From positions 1,824,001 through 1,888,000 of the forward strand of contig CBDBEV010000001.1 of NCBI GenBank assembly GCA_965204535.1: a stretch of DNA of 64,000 bases, given 5' to 3'. Below are positions 28,819 through 38,721 of the stretch, piece after piece. The notes below the pieces were generated by a model that did not search any database, was not told where the DNA came from, and saw nothing but the letters and a program-made list of their open reading frames with translations. How positions within the stretch are numbered: the stretch's first letter is position 1; every line of letters begins with the position of its first letter. The stretch is from a bacterium. GTDB taxonomy: Bacteria > UBA8248. Both the position numbers and the translations under genes were made by a program.

Positions 28819-30738
28819 TCACGAAACCGGCGGGGCGGCCTCCTCCCGCGAATTTCCGCTCTGTTTGCGGATGTAGACCTCCAGCACGGCGACGGCGGCG
28901 GGCGTCACGCCCGAGATGCGGCTCGCCTGCCCGAGGGTTTTGGGGCGTATCTGCTCGAGCCGCTGCCGGACTTCCGCCGTCAGGTGGCCCACACCCGAAT
29001 ACGAGATGCTCTCGGGTATCTTCACCCGGTCGGCCATCCTGAGATGATGGACCTGCTGGTATTCCCGCTCGAAATACTCCTTGTATTTCACCTCCGCCAG
29101 CACATAGCGCCGCGATTCGCGGTCCAGCGCCTCCCAAATCTCCCCAAAACGGCCTTTATCGATGGAATCGACCCGAATCGCCAGTTCCGGCCCTGCTTCG
29201 GGGCGTCTCAGGATGTCGGCAAGTGCGGACGGCTTCTTGAGCGGCCTGGAGCCCGCTGCCTCCATGGCGCCTCGCACGTCCGGCTTGGGGTTCATCGTCG
29301 TGGTTTCGAGATAGGTGATGGCCTCCTGCGCCCGTTTCGACTTCTTCTCGAAGGCGCCCCAGGTGGCCTCATCCAGCGAACCGACCCTGCGGCCGAGTTC
29401 CATCAGGCGGAAATCCGCGTTGTCGTGGCGGAGCAGGAGCCTGTGCTCGGCCCGGCTGGTGAACATCCGGTAGGGCTCGGCCGTTCCCTTGGTGATGAGA
29501 TCGTCTATCAGAACGCCGATATAGGCTTCTTCGCGGCTTAATACGACGGGTTCTTCGCCGCGAAGGTAGCGGGTGGCGTTGATCCCCGCCATGATCCCCT
29601 GGGCGGCGGCCTCCTCATAGCCGGTCGTCCCGTTGATCTGCCCGGCGTGGAAGAGGCCCGGCATCTTCTTCGTCATCAGGCTGGCGTCGAGTTCTGTCGG
29701 CTCCACGTGGTCGTACTCGACGGCGTAGCCCGGACGCATCATCTCGGCTCTTTCTAAACCTTTGATTGTTCTTAACATACGGATTTGCACGTCCACCGGC
29801 AGGCTGGTGGAAAGCCCGTTCACGTATATCTCGCAAGTCTCGCGTCCTTCGGGCTCCAGGAATATCTGGTGTTCCCGTTTGCCCTCGAAGCGCATTATTT
29901 TATCTTCGATGCTCGGGCAGTAGCGCACGCCGATCGCGTCGATCTGGCCGTTGTACATGGGCGCGCGCTCGATGTTCCGCCGGATGACCTCGTGCGTCTC
30001 AGGGTTCGTGTAGGTGATCCAGCAGGGCATCTGTTCCTGTTCGATGGCCTCCGTCCGGTATGAGAACGGAAGGGGCGGGTCGTCGCCGGATTGCACGTCA
30101 AGTATTTGAAAATCAATGGATTTCGCGTCCAAGCGCGGCGGCGTCCCCGTCTTCATGCGCCCGATGGCGAAGCCGAACGAGACGAGTTGCTGCGTGAGTT
30201 CGTTCGCCGAACCCTCGCCCGCGCGCCCGCCCTCGACCTTCCTGTCGCCGTAGTGCAGAAGACCGCGCGTAAAGGTGCCCGGCGTCAGAACGACCGCGCG
30301 CGCCTCCCAGGTTTCCCCAAAATGATCCTGAAGGCCCGCTATCGCCCCGTTCTCGACGAGAAGCCTTTGCACCATCCCCTGCTTGAGGTCGAGTCCCGCC
30401 TGGCTTTCGACGGCGTTTTTCATATACGCGCGATAGCGCTGCTTGTCCGCCTGGGCGCGCAGGGCCTGCACGGCGGGGCCTTTTTTCGTGTTCAGCATCC
30501 GGAACTGAATCCCCGTGGCGTCGATGGCGCGGGCCATCTCGCCGCCCAGGGCGTCCACCTCGCGCACCAGAACGCCCTTCGCCAGCCCGCCGATGGCCGG
30601 GTTGCACGACATGAGGCCCACGGTGTCGAGGTTCATCGTGAGCATCATGGTGCGCGCGCCCATGCGCGCCGCGGCGAGCGCCGCCTCGCAGCCTGCGTGT
30701 CCGCCGCCCACGACGATGACGTCATACGAAACAGCCAA
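28819..30738 (-). CDS. mnmG: tRNA uridine-5-carboxymethylaminomethyl modification enzyme MnmG (GidA)
   Basis: [51 protein letters not shown]. Confidence 0.97.
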   Translation of the reverse strand: MAVSYDVIVVGGGHAGCEAALAAARMGARTMMLTMNLDTVGLMSCNPAIGGLAKGVLVREVDALGGEMARAIDATGIQFRMLNTKKGPAVQALRAQADKQRYRAYMKNAVESQAGLDLKQGMVQRLLVENGAIAGLQDHFGETWEARAVVLTPGTFTRGLLHYGDRKVEGGRAGEGSANELTQQLVSFGFAIGRMKTGTPPRLDAKSIDFQILDVQSGDDPPLPFSYRTEAIEQEQMPCWITYTNPETHEVIRRNIERAPMYNGQIDAIGVRYCPSIEDKIMRFEGKREHQIFLEPEGRETCEIYVNGLSTSLPVDVQIRMLRTIKGLERAEMMRPGYAVEYDHVEPTELDASLMTKKMPGLFHAGQINGTTGYEEAAAQGIMAGINATRYLRGEEPVVLSREEAYIGVLIDDLITKGTAEPYRMFTSRAEHRLLLRHDNADFRLMELGRRVGSLDEATWGAFEKKSKRAQEAITYLETTTMNPKPDVRGAMEAAGSRPLKKPSALADILRRPEAGPELAIRVDSIDKGRFGEIWEALDRESRRYVLAEVKYKEYFEREYQQVHHLRMADRVKIPESISYSGVGHLTAEVRQRLEQIRPKTLGQASRISGVTPAAVAVLEVYIRKQSGNSREEAAPPVS

Positions 30739-30828
30739 CGGAAAACCTCCAGAAATTCACAAAAAAGCGTTAAATTGCCTTATATTTATCTAAATTTATC
30801 ACCTAATTCTGCCGAAATTATATTATTT

Positions 30829-32253
30829 TCATTTTCCGATGCAAAAAGTGGAAAAAATCCTGTCCAAAAGCGCTTCTCCGTAGTCCCGGCCCAGGAGTTC
30901 GGCGAGCGCCGTCTGCGCTTCGTTCAAATGAACCGCCACCAGTTCGGGGGAAAGCTCTCCCTCGGCTCCCGCCTTAGCACTTCGCACGGCTTCGAGGCAT
31001 TTTGCGATCTGGCCGTGGTGGCGCTCCCGCGTGAGAACGGATTCCGCGCCCGAAAGCCCATCCTCGTCCATCAAAACACGCGCCACCTCCTCGCGCAACT
31101 CGAACAAACCCTCGCCCGTCAGCGCCGAGATGAAGAGCGGCTCTCCGGCACCCGGCGCCGACTCGTTCAAAAGCGCGAGGGCGCGCGCCCTCATATCACG
31201 GGCAGCCTTGTCCATCTTATTGAAAATAAACAGGTTTTCGCAATCAAGCGTTCTCGCCTCCCGCGCCGCCCACCTGATTTCGTCATCCCCTGCCGTCAAA
31301 TCCATCACCATCAGGCCGATATCCGCCTCTCCCGCCGCCTTGCGGGCGCGCTCGGTTCCTTCGAGTTCCACCGGATCCCCCGTATCGCGCAGGCCCGCCG
31401 TGTCGATGAGCCGCACCGGCGCGCCCCCGAAATCGCAGACCTCCTCCACCGTGTCGCGCGTGGTGCCCGGAACCTCGCTCGTGATGGCGCGATCCGCCCC
31501 CAAGAGCGCATTCAGAAGCGTGGATTTCCCCGCGTTGGGCCTGCCGAGGATGGCGGCGCGCGCGCCTTCTCTCAGGATCCTGCCGGAGCGGTAGCTCTCG
31601 ACGAGCCGCTCGAGTGCGGTTTCCGTCTTCGCGAAAAGGCCTGCGAGCTCAGCACTTCCCATCGGAGCGCCGGAAACCGTGGGGCCTGCGCCCGGCTCGA
31701 ACTCGTCGGGAAAGTCAATCGCCGCCTCGATGTGCGCGCCCGCCTCCACGATTTTCTCCCACACGTCTTCCAAAGCCTGCGAGAGGCGTCCTTCCAGGTG
31801 ATGGAGCGCCGCGCGCGCCGCCTTTTCGGTCTGCGCGGCCACGAGGTCCGCCACGGCTTCGGCCTGGACCAGATCGATCTTTCCCTCCAGGAAGGCGCGC
31901 CGGGTGAATTCGCCCTCTACGGCCGGCCTGGCGCCCATCTCCCGGGCGAGGCGCAGGATGGTCCCCACGATGGCCGGGCCGCCGTGGCAGTGCATCTCGA
32001 CAACGTCCTCTCCCGTGACGGAATCCGGCCCCGGATGATAGAGCGCGAGGCCCTCATCGAAGGCCTGGGGCCCATCCACGAAGCGCCCGAGCACGGGCCG
32101 CCCTCTGGGAAAGGCGCTTCTCTCCTTTCGGGGTGCGAAGAGCCCTTCGAGAATAGAGAGCGACTTCGCTCCGCTCAGGCGGACGATAGCGATGGCTCCG
32201 CGCCCGGGGGCCGTCGAGAGCGCGACGATGGTCTCCCTCGCAAAACCGCTCAT
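30829..32253 (-). CDS. mnmE: tRNA modification GTPase MnmE (TrmE)
   Basis: ETIVALST, GRPNAGKS, GTTRD, DTAG, NKMD, C-terminal FCIGK. Confidence 0.96.
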   Translation of the reverse strand: MSGFARETIVALSTAPGRGAIAIVRLSGAKSLSILEGLFAPRKERSAFPRGRPVLGRFVDGPQAFDEGLALYHPGPDSVTGEDVVEMHCHGGPAIVGTILRLAREMGARPAVEGEFTRRAFLEGKIDLVQAEAVADLVAAQTEKAARAALHHLEGRLSQALEDVWEKIVEAGAHIEAAIDFPDEFEPGAGPTVSGAPMGSAELAGLFAKTETALERLVESYRSGRILREGARAAILGRPNAGKSTLLNALLGADRAITSEVPGTTRDTVEEVCDFGGAPVRLIDTAGLRDTGDPVELEGTERARKAAGEADIGLMVMDLTAGDDEIRWAAREARTLDCENLFIFNKMDKAARDMRARALALLNESAPGAGEPLFISALTGEGLFELREEVARVLMDEDGLSGAESVLTRERHHGQIAKCLEAVRSAKAGAEGELSPELVAVHLNEAQTALAELLGRDYGEALLDRIFSTFCIGK

Positions 32254-32372
32254 CAACTTCACCGTTTCTGTCTCTTCAGGATGCGCGCGTCCAATCGCGC
32301 GCCGCGTTCGCCCGTAATGAAGCGGATTTGGGATGTTATTGCAAGGCCTGGTGGGCATTGGCACATGGGGGT

Positions 32373-32564
32373 GGGTCGCATATATGCGACCCCAGGGGGT
32401 GATTCCGGCAGTCAGGAAGAGGCTGTAGGGACAGGTCGCGACCTGTCCCTACCAAAACGCCTACCCGGTTGAAGATGTGTCTGGCGAATCGCCAACACAG
32501 GAACCGCATGGGCCTTCGCGAACGGCCTATGCGAAAAAAGGGGCGCTTCACGAAGCGCCCCTAC
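32373..32564. repeat. Cluster of REP-like palindromes
   Basis: GGGTCGCATATATGCGACCC (32373-32392), GTAGGGACAGGTCGCGACCTGTCCCTAC (32425-32452), GGGCGCTTCACGAAGCGCCCCTAC (32541-32564). Confidence 0.75.
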
Positions 32565-32627
32565 GATACGCGGCTTCGCCGCTATTCAGGGTGAGGCGGA
32601 GCGCCGAGTGGAGGCGCGGGCCTTCCT

Positions 32628-33656
32628 CTACCTCTTCCCGGAATGATCCACCAGGCCGCGCAGGAGGGTTTTGCGGGAGACGGCGCCGACGACGGCGCCC
32701 GCATCGTCCACCACCCGCAGGGGCGCATCGCTCTCGATGCACCCGGGCAGCATGTCCTGCAGCACGGTGTCGCGCGAGACGACAGGTCCTGTGGTCTCGC
32801 TGCACGGCGGCGTCATGATGGAGCCCGCCGTCACCACGCGGCCCCGCTTCACGTCGCGCACGAACTCGCGCACGTAGTCGGTGGCCGGGTTGAGCAGAAT
32901 CTCCTCCGGTCGGCCAATCTGGTCGATCACGCCGTCCTTCAGGATGGCGACGTGATCGCCCAGCTTGAGCGCCTCGTCTAGATCGTGGGTGATGAAAACG
33001 ATGGTTTTTTTGAGGTCGCGCTGAAGGGTGATGAGATGCTCCTGCATCTGTTTGCGGATCAGCGGGTCCAGCGCGCTGAAGGGCTCGTCCATGAGCAGAA
33101 TTTCGGGGTCCGTGCACAGGGCGCGCGCCAGGCCCACGCGCTGCTGCATGCCGCCCGAGAGTTGTGCCGGATAGGCGTTCTCATAACCGGTGAGGCCCAC
33201 GTCCTCAATCCACCGCATCGCGCGCCTGCGCTGCTCGGCGTGTTCGGTCCCCTGGACCTCGAGGCCGTAGCCCACGTTCTCCAGTACCGTCATGTGCGGA
33301 AAGAGCGCGAAGCGCTGAAAAACCATGCTCGCGGCGCCCCGGCGGAACGCGAGCAACTCCTCGGGCGAGAATTCGAGAACGTCGCGCCCGTCGACGAAAA
33401 TCCGGCCCGTCGTCGGGTCGATCAGCCGGTTGATGTGGCGGATCAGGGTCGATTTTCCCGAACCCGAAAGGCCCATGACCACGAATATCTCACCGCGCTC
33501 GACGGAGAGGCTCACGTCCTTGAGTCCCAGCGTACAGCCGGTCTCGACCAGCACGTCGTTCTTCTCGACGCCCGTCTGGGCCAGGTCGAGCGCCGCCTCG
33601 AGCGCGCGTCCCGTTCCGAATATCTTGTAGACGTTTCGCACCTCGATCAGCGCCAT
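32628..33656 (-). CDS. proV: Glycine betaine/proline-type ABC transporter ATP-binding protein
   Basis: GLSGSGKS, LSGGMQQRVGLARAL, DEPFSALDPLIR. Confidence 0.88.
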   Translation of the reverse strand: MALIEVRNVYKIFGTGRALEAALDLAQTGVEKNDVLVETGCTLGLKDVSLSVERGEIFVVMGLSGSGKSTLIRHINRLIDPTTGRIFVDGRDVLEFSPEELLAFRRGAASMVFQRFALFPHMTVLENVGYGLEVQGTEHAEQRRRAMRWIEDVGLTGYENAYPAQLSGGMQQRVGLARALCTDPEILLMDEPFSALDPLIRKQMQEHLITLQRDLKKTIVFITHDLDEALKLGDHVAILKDGVIDQIGRPEEILLNPATDYVREFVRDVKRGRVVTAGSIMTPPCSETTGPVVSRDTVLQDMLPGCIESDAPLRVVDDAGAVVGAVSRKTLLRGLVDHSGKR

Positions 33657-33660
33657 CGGA

Positions 33661-34569
33661 TCAGACCCTCCCGCTCGTGCGGATGAAGCGCCCGCCGTAG
33701 GCCTGGGTGACGCGGTCCATCACGATGGCGAGCAGCACAATGGCCACGCCGGCTTCGAGCGCACGGCCGACGTTGAGCTGCTGGAGGCCGATGAGCACCT
33801 CGGTGCCGAGCCCCCGGGTTCCGATCATCGAGGCGATCACCACCATCGCGAGCGCCATCATCGTGGTCTGGTTGACTCCCTGCATGATGTTGGGCAGCGC
33901 CATCGGTATCTGCACGCGAAGGAGCTTCTGCCTCCGGCTCGCGCCCATGGCGTCGGAAGCTTCGACGATATCCTTGTCCACCAGACGGATGCCCAAGTCG
34001 GTCAGGCGGACCACCGGCGGGATGGCGTAGATCACCGTGGCGAAGACGGCGGGCACCGCGCCGAGGCCGAAGAGCATGATCGCCGGAATGAGATATACGA
34101 AGCTCGGCATGGTCTGCATCAGGTCGAGTGCGGGCAGCACCATGTCGCGCATCCGGTCGTTTCTCGATATCGCGATGCCGATCGGAACGCCCAGACCGAT
34201 GCAGATGAGGGTGGAGACCAGCATCACCGAAAGGGTCATCATCGACAAATCCCACAGCCTGGGATCGGTGAGGCCGATGAAGAACGTACAGGCGGCCACC
34301 AGCGCGGTCAGGCCCCATTTACGCCCGCTGGAGAAGAAAGTGAGCGCGCCCACGCCCAGGAATACGACGAGCCAGGGGAGGTCGCGCAGGAAGCGTTCGA
34401 GGCCGACCAGCAGAACGAGAATGGCGTCCGATGCGGTCTCGAAGACGATCCCGTACTCGGAGACCAGCCATTCGACGAAATCGTTGGTCCACTTGTTGAG
34501 CGGCAGGTTCAGGCCCTTGGGCCATTCGACCGCCCAGTCGGGGAACAGTCCGCGGAAAAACTTCATCAT
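33661..34569 (-). CDS. proW: Glycine betaine/proline-type ABC transporter permease
   Basis: LDLMQTMPSFVYLIP, RLTDLGIR, GVNQTTMMALAMVVIASMIG. Confidence 0.88.
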   Translation of the reverse strand: MMKFFRGLFPDWAVEWPKGLNLPLNKWTNDFVEWLVSEYGIVFETASDAILVLLVGLERFLRDLPWLVVFLGVGALTFFSSGRKWGLTALVAACTFFIGLTDPRLWDLSMMTLSVMLVSTLICIGLGVPIGIAISRNDRMRDMVLPALDLMQTMPSFVYLIPAIMLFGLGAVPAVFATVIYAIPPVVRLTDLGIRLVDKDIVEASDAMGASRRQKLLRVQIPMALPNIMQGVNQTTMMALAMVVIASMIGTRGLGTEVLIGLQQLNVGRALEAGVAIVLLAIVMDRVTQAYGGRFIRTSGRV

Positions 34570-34630
34570 CGGCGGACCTCCCCGGGACCAAGCGCTGCTT
34601 CACGAGAAAAAAGCATCGCGCGGGCGCGAA

Positions 34631-35668
34631 TCAAGCCGATTTGAGCGCCTCCTCGACCTTTTTCGCGACGTCGGCCGGAACCCACTTCTTCCAGACCTTG
34701 TTGGTCTTCAGGAAATGGATCGCGGTGGCCTTGGCGTCGCCGCCGGCTTTGCTCTCGAGATAGGCCAGCATCTTCGAGACTTCTTTGGATGGTAGCGTGT
34801 ACTTCTCGATGAATGCGACTATCTTCGGGTGCTTGGCCGCGAACTTCGTGGTGACCGACTTCGGCAGCTCCGCCGTCCGGTAGGCAGTCGCCTTCTTGGG
34901 GTTCCCCAAGGCTTCCATTCCGCCCTTCTTGAGCGCGTCCATGTGCTTCACCACCACGTTCCAGTCGGCCTCGTTCCACGCCGGCTCTTCGAGCTGGACG
35001 AGATCGAGCTGTCCCAGGAGCGGCGTGGGCGCCCAGTAATAGGCGAGCACGGGTTTTTTCTTGAGATACGCGCCCTTGATGGCCGCCGCGAGCGCGCCGC
35101 CCGAGCCGGGCCGGAAATTCGTGAAGTGTTTTTCCAGCCCGTAGGCGCGCAGCTTCACCGTGTTGATGACCTCGCACGACCAGCCGGGGATGCAGTTCAC
35201 GAACCGGCCCTTGGAGGGCTCTTCGGGGTCCTTGAAGAGGTGTTTGTACTTCGGCAGATCGAAGACCGACTTGAGGCCCGGATTCGCCTCCTGGACGAAG
35301 CGCGGGATGAACCAGCCCTGTATGCTATCGGGCGTGTTGATACCCACCTGCTTGACCTTGCCGCTCTTCATGACGGGGTCGTACTGCGCCTTTACGTTGT
35401 CGTACCAGAGCTCCATGATAATGTCGTTCTTGCCCTCATAATGGGCCGTCATAATCGGCAGCGTGCCGCCGTAGATGAGCCGCACCCGGCAGCCGTAGCC
35501 GTGCTCCAGGATGAAGGCGGCCACCTGATCGTGAAAGTTCGCGCTGTCCCAGTTCAGGTCGCCGATGCGCACGCTGCAGGCGGCATCCGCCCGGCTCGGG
35601 AGGGATACGAGCGCCGCAGCTCCTATGGCGATGGTCAAAACGAAGATAAGAAAAACTCTGGATTTCAT
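34631..35668 (-). CDS. proX: Glycine betaine/proline-type ABC transporter substrate-binding protein
   Basis: Signal peptide, DLNWDS, NCIPGWSC, YYWAPT. Confidence 0.82.
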   Translation of the reverse strand: MKSRVFLIFVLTIAIGAAALVSLPSRADAACSVRIGDLNWDSANFHDQVAAFILEHGYGCRVRLIYGGTLPIMTAHYEGKNDIIMELWYDNVKAQYDPVMKSGKVKQVGINTPDSIQGWFIPRFVQEANPGLKSVFDLPKYKHLFKDPEEPSKGRFVNCIPGWSCEVINTVKLRAYGLEKHFTNFRPGSGGALAAAIKGAYLKKKPVLAYYWAPTPLLGQLDLVQLEEPAWNEADWNVVVKHMDALKKGGMEALGNPKKATAYRTAELPKSVTTKFAAKHPKIVAFIEKYTLPSKEVSKMLAYLESKAGGDAKATAIHFLKTNKVWKKWVPADVAKKVEEALKSA

Positions 35669-35708
35669 GGTTGGCCCCCTGTTCTCGTTGTGTGTGCCGG
35701 TCGATTCG

Positions 35709-35820
35709 AAGAAAAGAGCGGGGCTCTCGCGCAAGAGAGAGTCCACCCCTCTCCCTAAGCCCCTGCGGGTTCGTTTTCAGGCTGTATCTTCGGCGCTACC
35801 AAAGCCGCCGGTTCAGGTTT
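35709..35820 (-). promoter_or_regulatory. Structured 5' leader with terminator-like hairpin upstream of the proX-like gene (candidate riboswitch or attenuator)
   Basis: Minus-strand GAGAGGGGUGGACUCUC-loop-GAGAGCCCCGCUCUUUUCUU lies ~40 nt before the ATG, preceded by a potential three-way junction. Confidence 0.35.
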
Positions 35821-36047
35821 TGTATCATTCAAAAGTTTATGCGGGCCGGCTCGAAAACGCAAACCGCCGCCAATCCGGGGCATGTGTGAACCCGCCCTTC
35901 ACCAACAAGAGAAACGCACAGGGCTAAAACCAAACCATACCGGTCGGATTTTCGTCTTTTTTGTGCCAACGCCTCTTTCTTACTTTCAATAATTATTTAT
36001 CATGCTACATTGTTTAAGCGTTTATATCCACAAAAAACGAGGCGCTC

Positions 36048-37106
36048 ATGCCCGAGTCGAGATACGACCCGCATCGCGGGGAATGGACGCTCATCGCGCC
36101 CGACAGGCGCGCGCGACCCCATCCCGCGCATTACGCGAAGGCCACCCCCGCAGAAGAAGACCCGGCTTGTCCTTTCTGCCCGGGCAACGAAAGCGCGACG
36201 CCGCCCGAGGTCGGAGCCATCAGGGACGAGGGCGAGGAGAACGCGCCCGGCTGGCGCGCGCGCTGCGTGGCGAACAAATACCCTGCCGTCGGTAGCGGAG
36301 AGCCCGCGCGTGCGAGCGAGGGCGTCTTTTCGTCACTCCTCGGCGGAGGACGCCACGAGGTGCTCATCGATTCTCCCCGTCACACGAAGGGCTTGGCTGA
36401 TTTGGGCGAAGCGCACGCGGGTGACGTTCTGGCCCTGCTGCAGGAAAGAGCGCGTGCGCTCGCCGACGCCCCGGGCGTTCGCTTCGTCTGCGCCTTCAAG
36501 AATCACGGCGCGCAGGCGGGCGCATCCATTCTCCATTCGCACTTTCAGATACTCGGCCTCCCGGTCCACACCGGAACCTTCGAGAAAAAGCTGGACATAG
36601 AAACCGCATTCTATCAGGAACGAAATGCCGCGCTTTTGGATCACATGCTGGAAGCTGAACGCGAAGGCGGAGAGCGGATGGTGGAAACAGGCGAAGAGGG
36701 CGCCGCCGTCTTCTGCCCGTGGGCGTCGCGCTTTCCCTATCTCGCCCATATCACCCCCTGGCCGACCGAAAGCTGCTTCACCCGAAGCGCACCCGAGACC
36801 CTCGTCGCCGTCGGGGCCGCGGTGGCGCGAAGTTTAAGGCGTTACAAGGAGCTTCTCCACGACCCGCCCGTCAACCTCTCTTTTCTGCTCGCGGCGAATG
36901 AAGTGGAGGAAAACCTTGCGGCGCATCGCTGGCACATCGAGCTTTTCCCGCGCCTCACGCCGCAGGCTGCCCTGGAGACGGGTTTGGGCGCGCACATCAA
37001 CGAAGTGGCTCCAGAGCACGCCGCCGAGAAACTAAGAAGCGTTGCCCCCAAGGCGCACGCCGCATCATCTTCTGCCTGTTTTCACAGAGGACCCGACCAT
37101 GAATGA
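36048..37106 (+). CDS. galT: Galactose-1-phosphate uridylyltransferase (GalT)-like HIT protein
   Basis: CPFCPGNE, NKYPA, HEVLID, NHGAQAGASILHSHFQ (HxHxQ). Confidence 0.8.
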   Translation: MPESRYDPHRGEWTLIAPDRRARPHPAHYAKATPAEEDPACPFCPGNESATPPEVGAIRDEGEENAPGWRARCVANKYPAVGSGEPARASEGVFSSLLGGGRHEVLIDSPRHTKGLADLGEAHAGDVLALLQERARALADAPGVRFVCAFKNHGAQAGASILHSHFQILGLPVHTGTFEKKLDIETAFYQERNAALLDHMLEAEREGGERMVETGEEGAAVFCPWASRFPYLAHITPWPTESCFTRSAPETLVAVGAAVARSLRRYKELLHDPPVNLSFLLAANEVEENLAAHRWHIELFPRLTPQAALETGLGAHINEVAPEHAAEKLRSVAPKAHAASSSACFHRGPDHE

Positions 37107-38154
37107 AAAGAATCCCCACTCCACCGTTTCGTTTCTCACGGGCGGCGACATCGCGCCCGACAGGGCTTCCGCCAAGGGCATGTTCGGCCAACTGGGAAAA
37201 CTGTTCCGCGGCGCCGATTTTTCTTTCGCGAATCTCGAGAACGCGCTATCGACGCGCGGCGAACTCATGAAGGGGAAGGCGACCAAGCACCGGGGACACC
37301 CCTCTCTGGTGGCGGGACTCGTGGATGCCGGCTTCGACGCGGTGGGAATCGCGAACAACCACCTGCTCGATTTCGGGGTTCCCTCTCTCGAAGAGACCAT
37401 GGTGACGCTGCGCCGCGCGAGGATCCCTTTCACGGGCGCGGGAATGGACCTGGAAGACGCGGGAGCCCCCGTCGTGCTCGATCGCGGCGGGCTGAAGGTT
37501 GGCCTGCTCGCCTATTCGTCCGTGCTGCCGCAGGGCCACGCGGCCGGCGCGGACGAGCCCGGCGTGAACCCCCTGCGCGTCAAGACGTCCTACACGCCGC
37601 TCAGAAACCTGGACGAATACCCGGCCTCCGAACCCGTCATCCACTCCTGGGCGGTGGCGGAAGACCTCGCGCGGATGAAAGAAGAGGTCGCTCGGCTCAA
37701 GACCGAGGTCGACCTCGTCTTCGTCTACCAGCACTGGGGGGCAAGCATGCGCCACGAGGTGCACGAGCATCAAAGGGAGATCGGGCAAGCGGCGATCGAC
37801 GCGGGCGCGTGCGCCGTCTTCGGCGGACACCAGCACGTGCTCTCCGCCATCGAGTTCTACAACCGCCGGCCCATCATCCACTGCAGCGGGAATCTGATTT
37901 TCGACGAAGTCGAACCTTTCTTCACGGATGCGACGCTTCAGTCGTTTCTGCTGGGCGGACGCATGGACAAAGAAGGGCTGAGCGACCTTCACCTCATCCC
38001 CTGCCGCTGCGGCGTGGGCGGCGCGCCGAAACCCCTCTCGCCGAGGCGCGGTGAGGGCCGCGAGATCGTGGATATGATGCAAAGATTCTCCGCGCCTTAC
38101 GGAACGGAAGTCGCCGTAAGGGACGGAGAGGTGGCCGTATCGCCGCTCGGATAA
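37099..38154 (+). CDS. CapA (PGA_cap) family metallophosphoesterase-like protein
   Basis: GGDI, FANLE, IANNHLLDFG, HWG, GGHQH, SGNLIF. Confidence 0.85.
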   Translation: MNEKNPHSTVSFLTGGDIAPDRASAKGMFGQLGKLFRGADFSFANLENALSTRGELMKGKATKHRGHPSLVAGLVDAGFDAVGIANNHLLDFGVPSLEETMVTLRRARIPFTGAGMDLEDAGAPVVLDRGGLKVGLLAYSSVLPQGHAAGADEPGVNPLRVKTSYTPLRNLDEYPASEPVIHSWAVAEDLARMKEEVARLKTEVDLVFVYQHWGASMRHEVHEHQREIGQAAIDAGACAVFGGHQHVLSAIEFYNRRPIIHCSGNLIFDEVEPFFTDATLQSFLLGGRMDKEGLSDLHLIPCRCGVGGAPKPLSPRRGEGREIVDMMQRFSAPYGTEVAVRDGEVAVSPLG

Positions 38155-38206
38155 GAATGAGAAAGGCCCGCGGAAGCCAAACCCTCGTTCGCCGGTTTCG
38201 TTCGTT

Positions 38207-38611
38207 CTACAGCGCGCGCGCCATGAGGCTCCGGATGCTCGCAACATCCACGTCGCCCGTCGAGCGGCCCTTTTCCTGTGCGCCCTTGAAGACGATGATC
38301 GTCGATTGCCAGCGAACGCTGTGTTCTTTCAGGAAATCGCGCTGGGTGTCGTAGTCCACCGCGAACGCGGCGGCGTTTTCGAACTTCTTCTCTTTAATCA
38401 GGGACTGAAGCAGCGGCACCTGCTGCCTGCACGTCCCTCACCACTCGGTGTGGACGACTACGAAAATCGTCTTTCCGTCCTTTTGGGCCTGGGCGAACGC
38501 CTTGGTCTCATAGGGCTTCCACCCTTCCAGGGCGAGCGCGGCCTGCGGCAAAACCAGGACGGCGGCGAGCAAGGCCAAACCAAACATAAGCAGGAGAGAT
38601 CGCATTTGCAT
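38207..38611 (-). CDS. Exported thioredoxin-family selenoprotein (W-U-G-T-C), 134 aa
   Basis: RBS GAGGAG, ATG at 38611, signal peptide. In-frame TGA at 38440-38438 sits at the first Cys position of WCxxC (HTEW*GTCRQQ). The frame continues into a thioredoxin C-terminal half (VDYD...VRWQSTIIVFKG). A SECIS-like hairpin follows the TGA. Confidence 0.85.
38401..38437 (-). promoter_or_regulatory. Putative bacterial SECIS element
   Basis: GGGAC-GUGC-AGGCAGC-[AGGUGCC]-GCUGCUU-CA-GUCCC directly 3' of UGA; the G-containing apical loop begins 16 nt after the codon. Confidence 0.7.
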
Positions 38612-38721
38612 GGCTCCTCTGGTGTTTAGACGGCTTGGAACTCTCGTGATTTGAGATGATACCACGAATCCGCCTGTCTCGGTGGTCTCGGCGCGCTTCG
38701 GGCCGAAATCGTTCAAGGCAG

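Noticed and set aside
36020-36035. DnaA-box-like ATATCCACA upstream of galT as a second origin
   Set aside because: It is a single mismatched box with no cluster or trio element.
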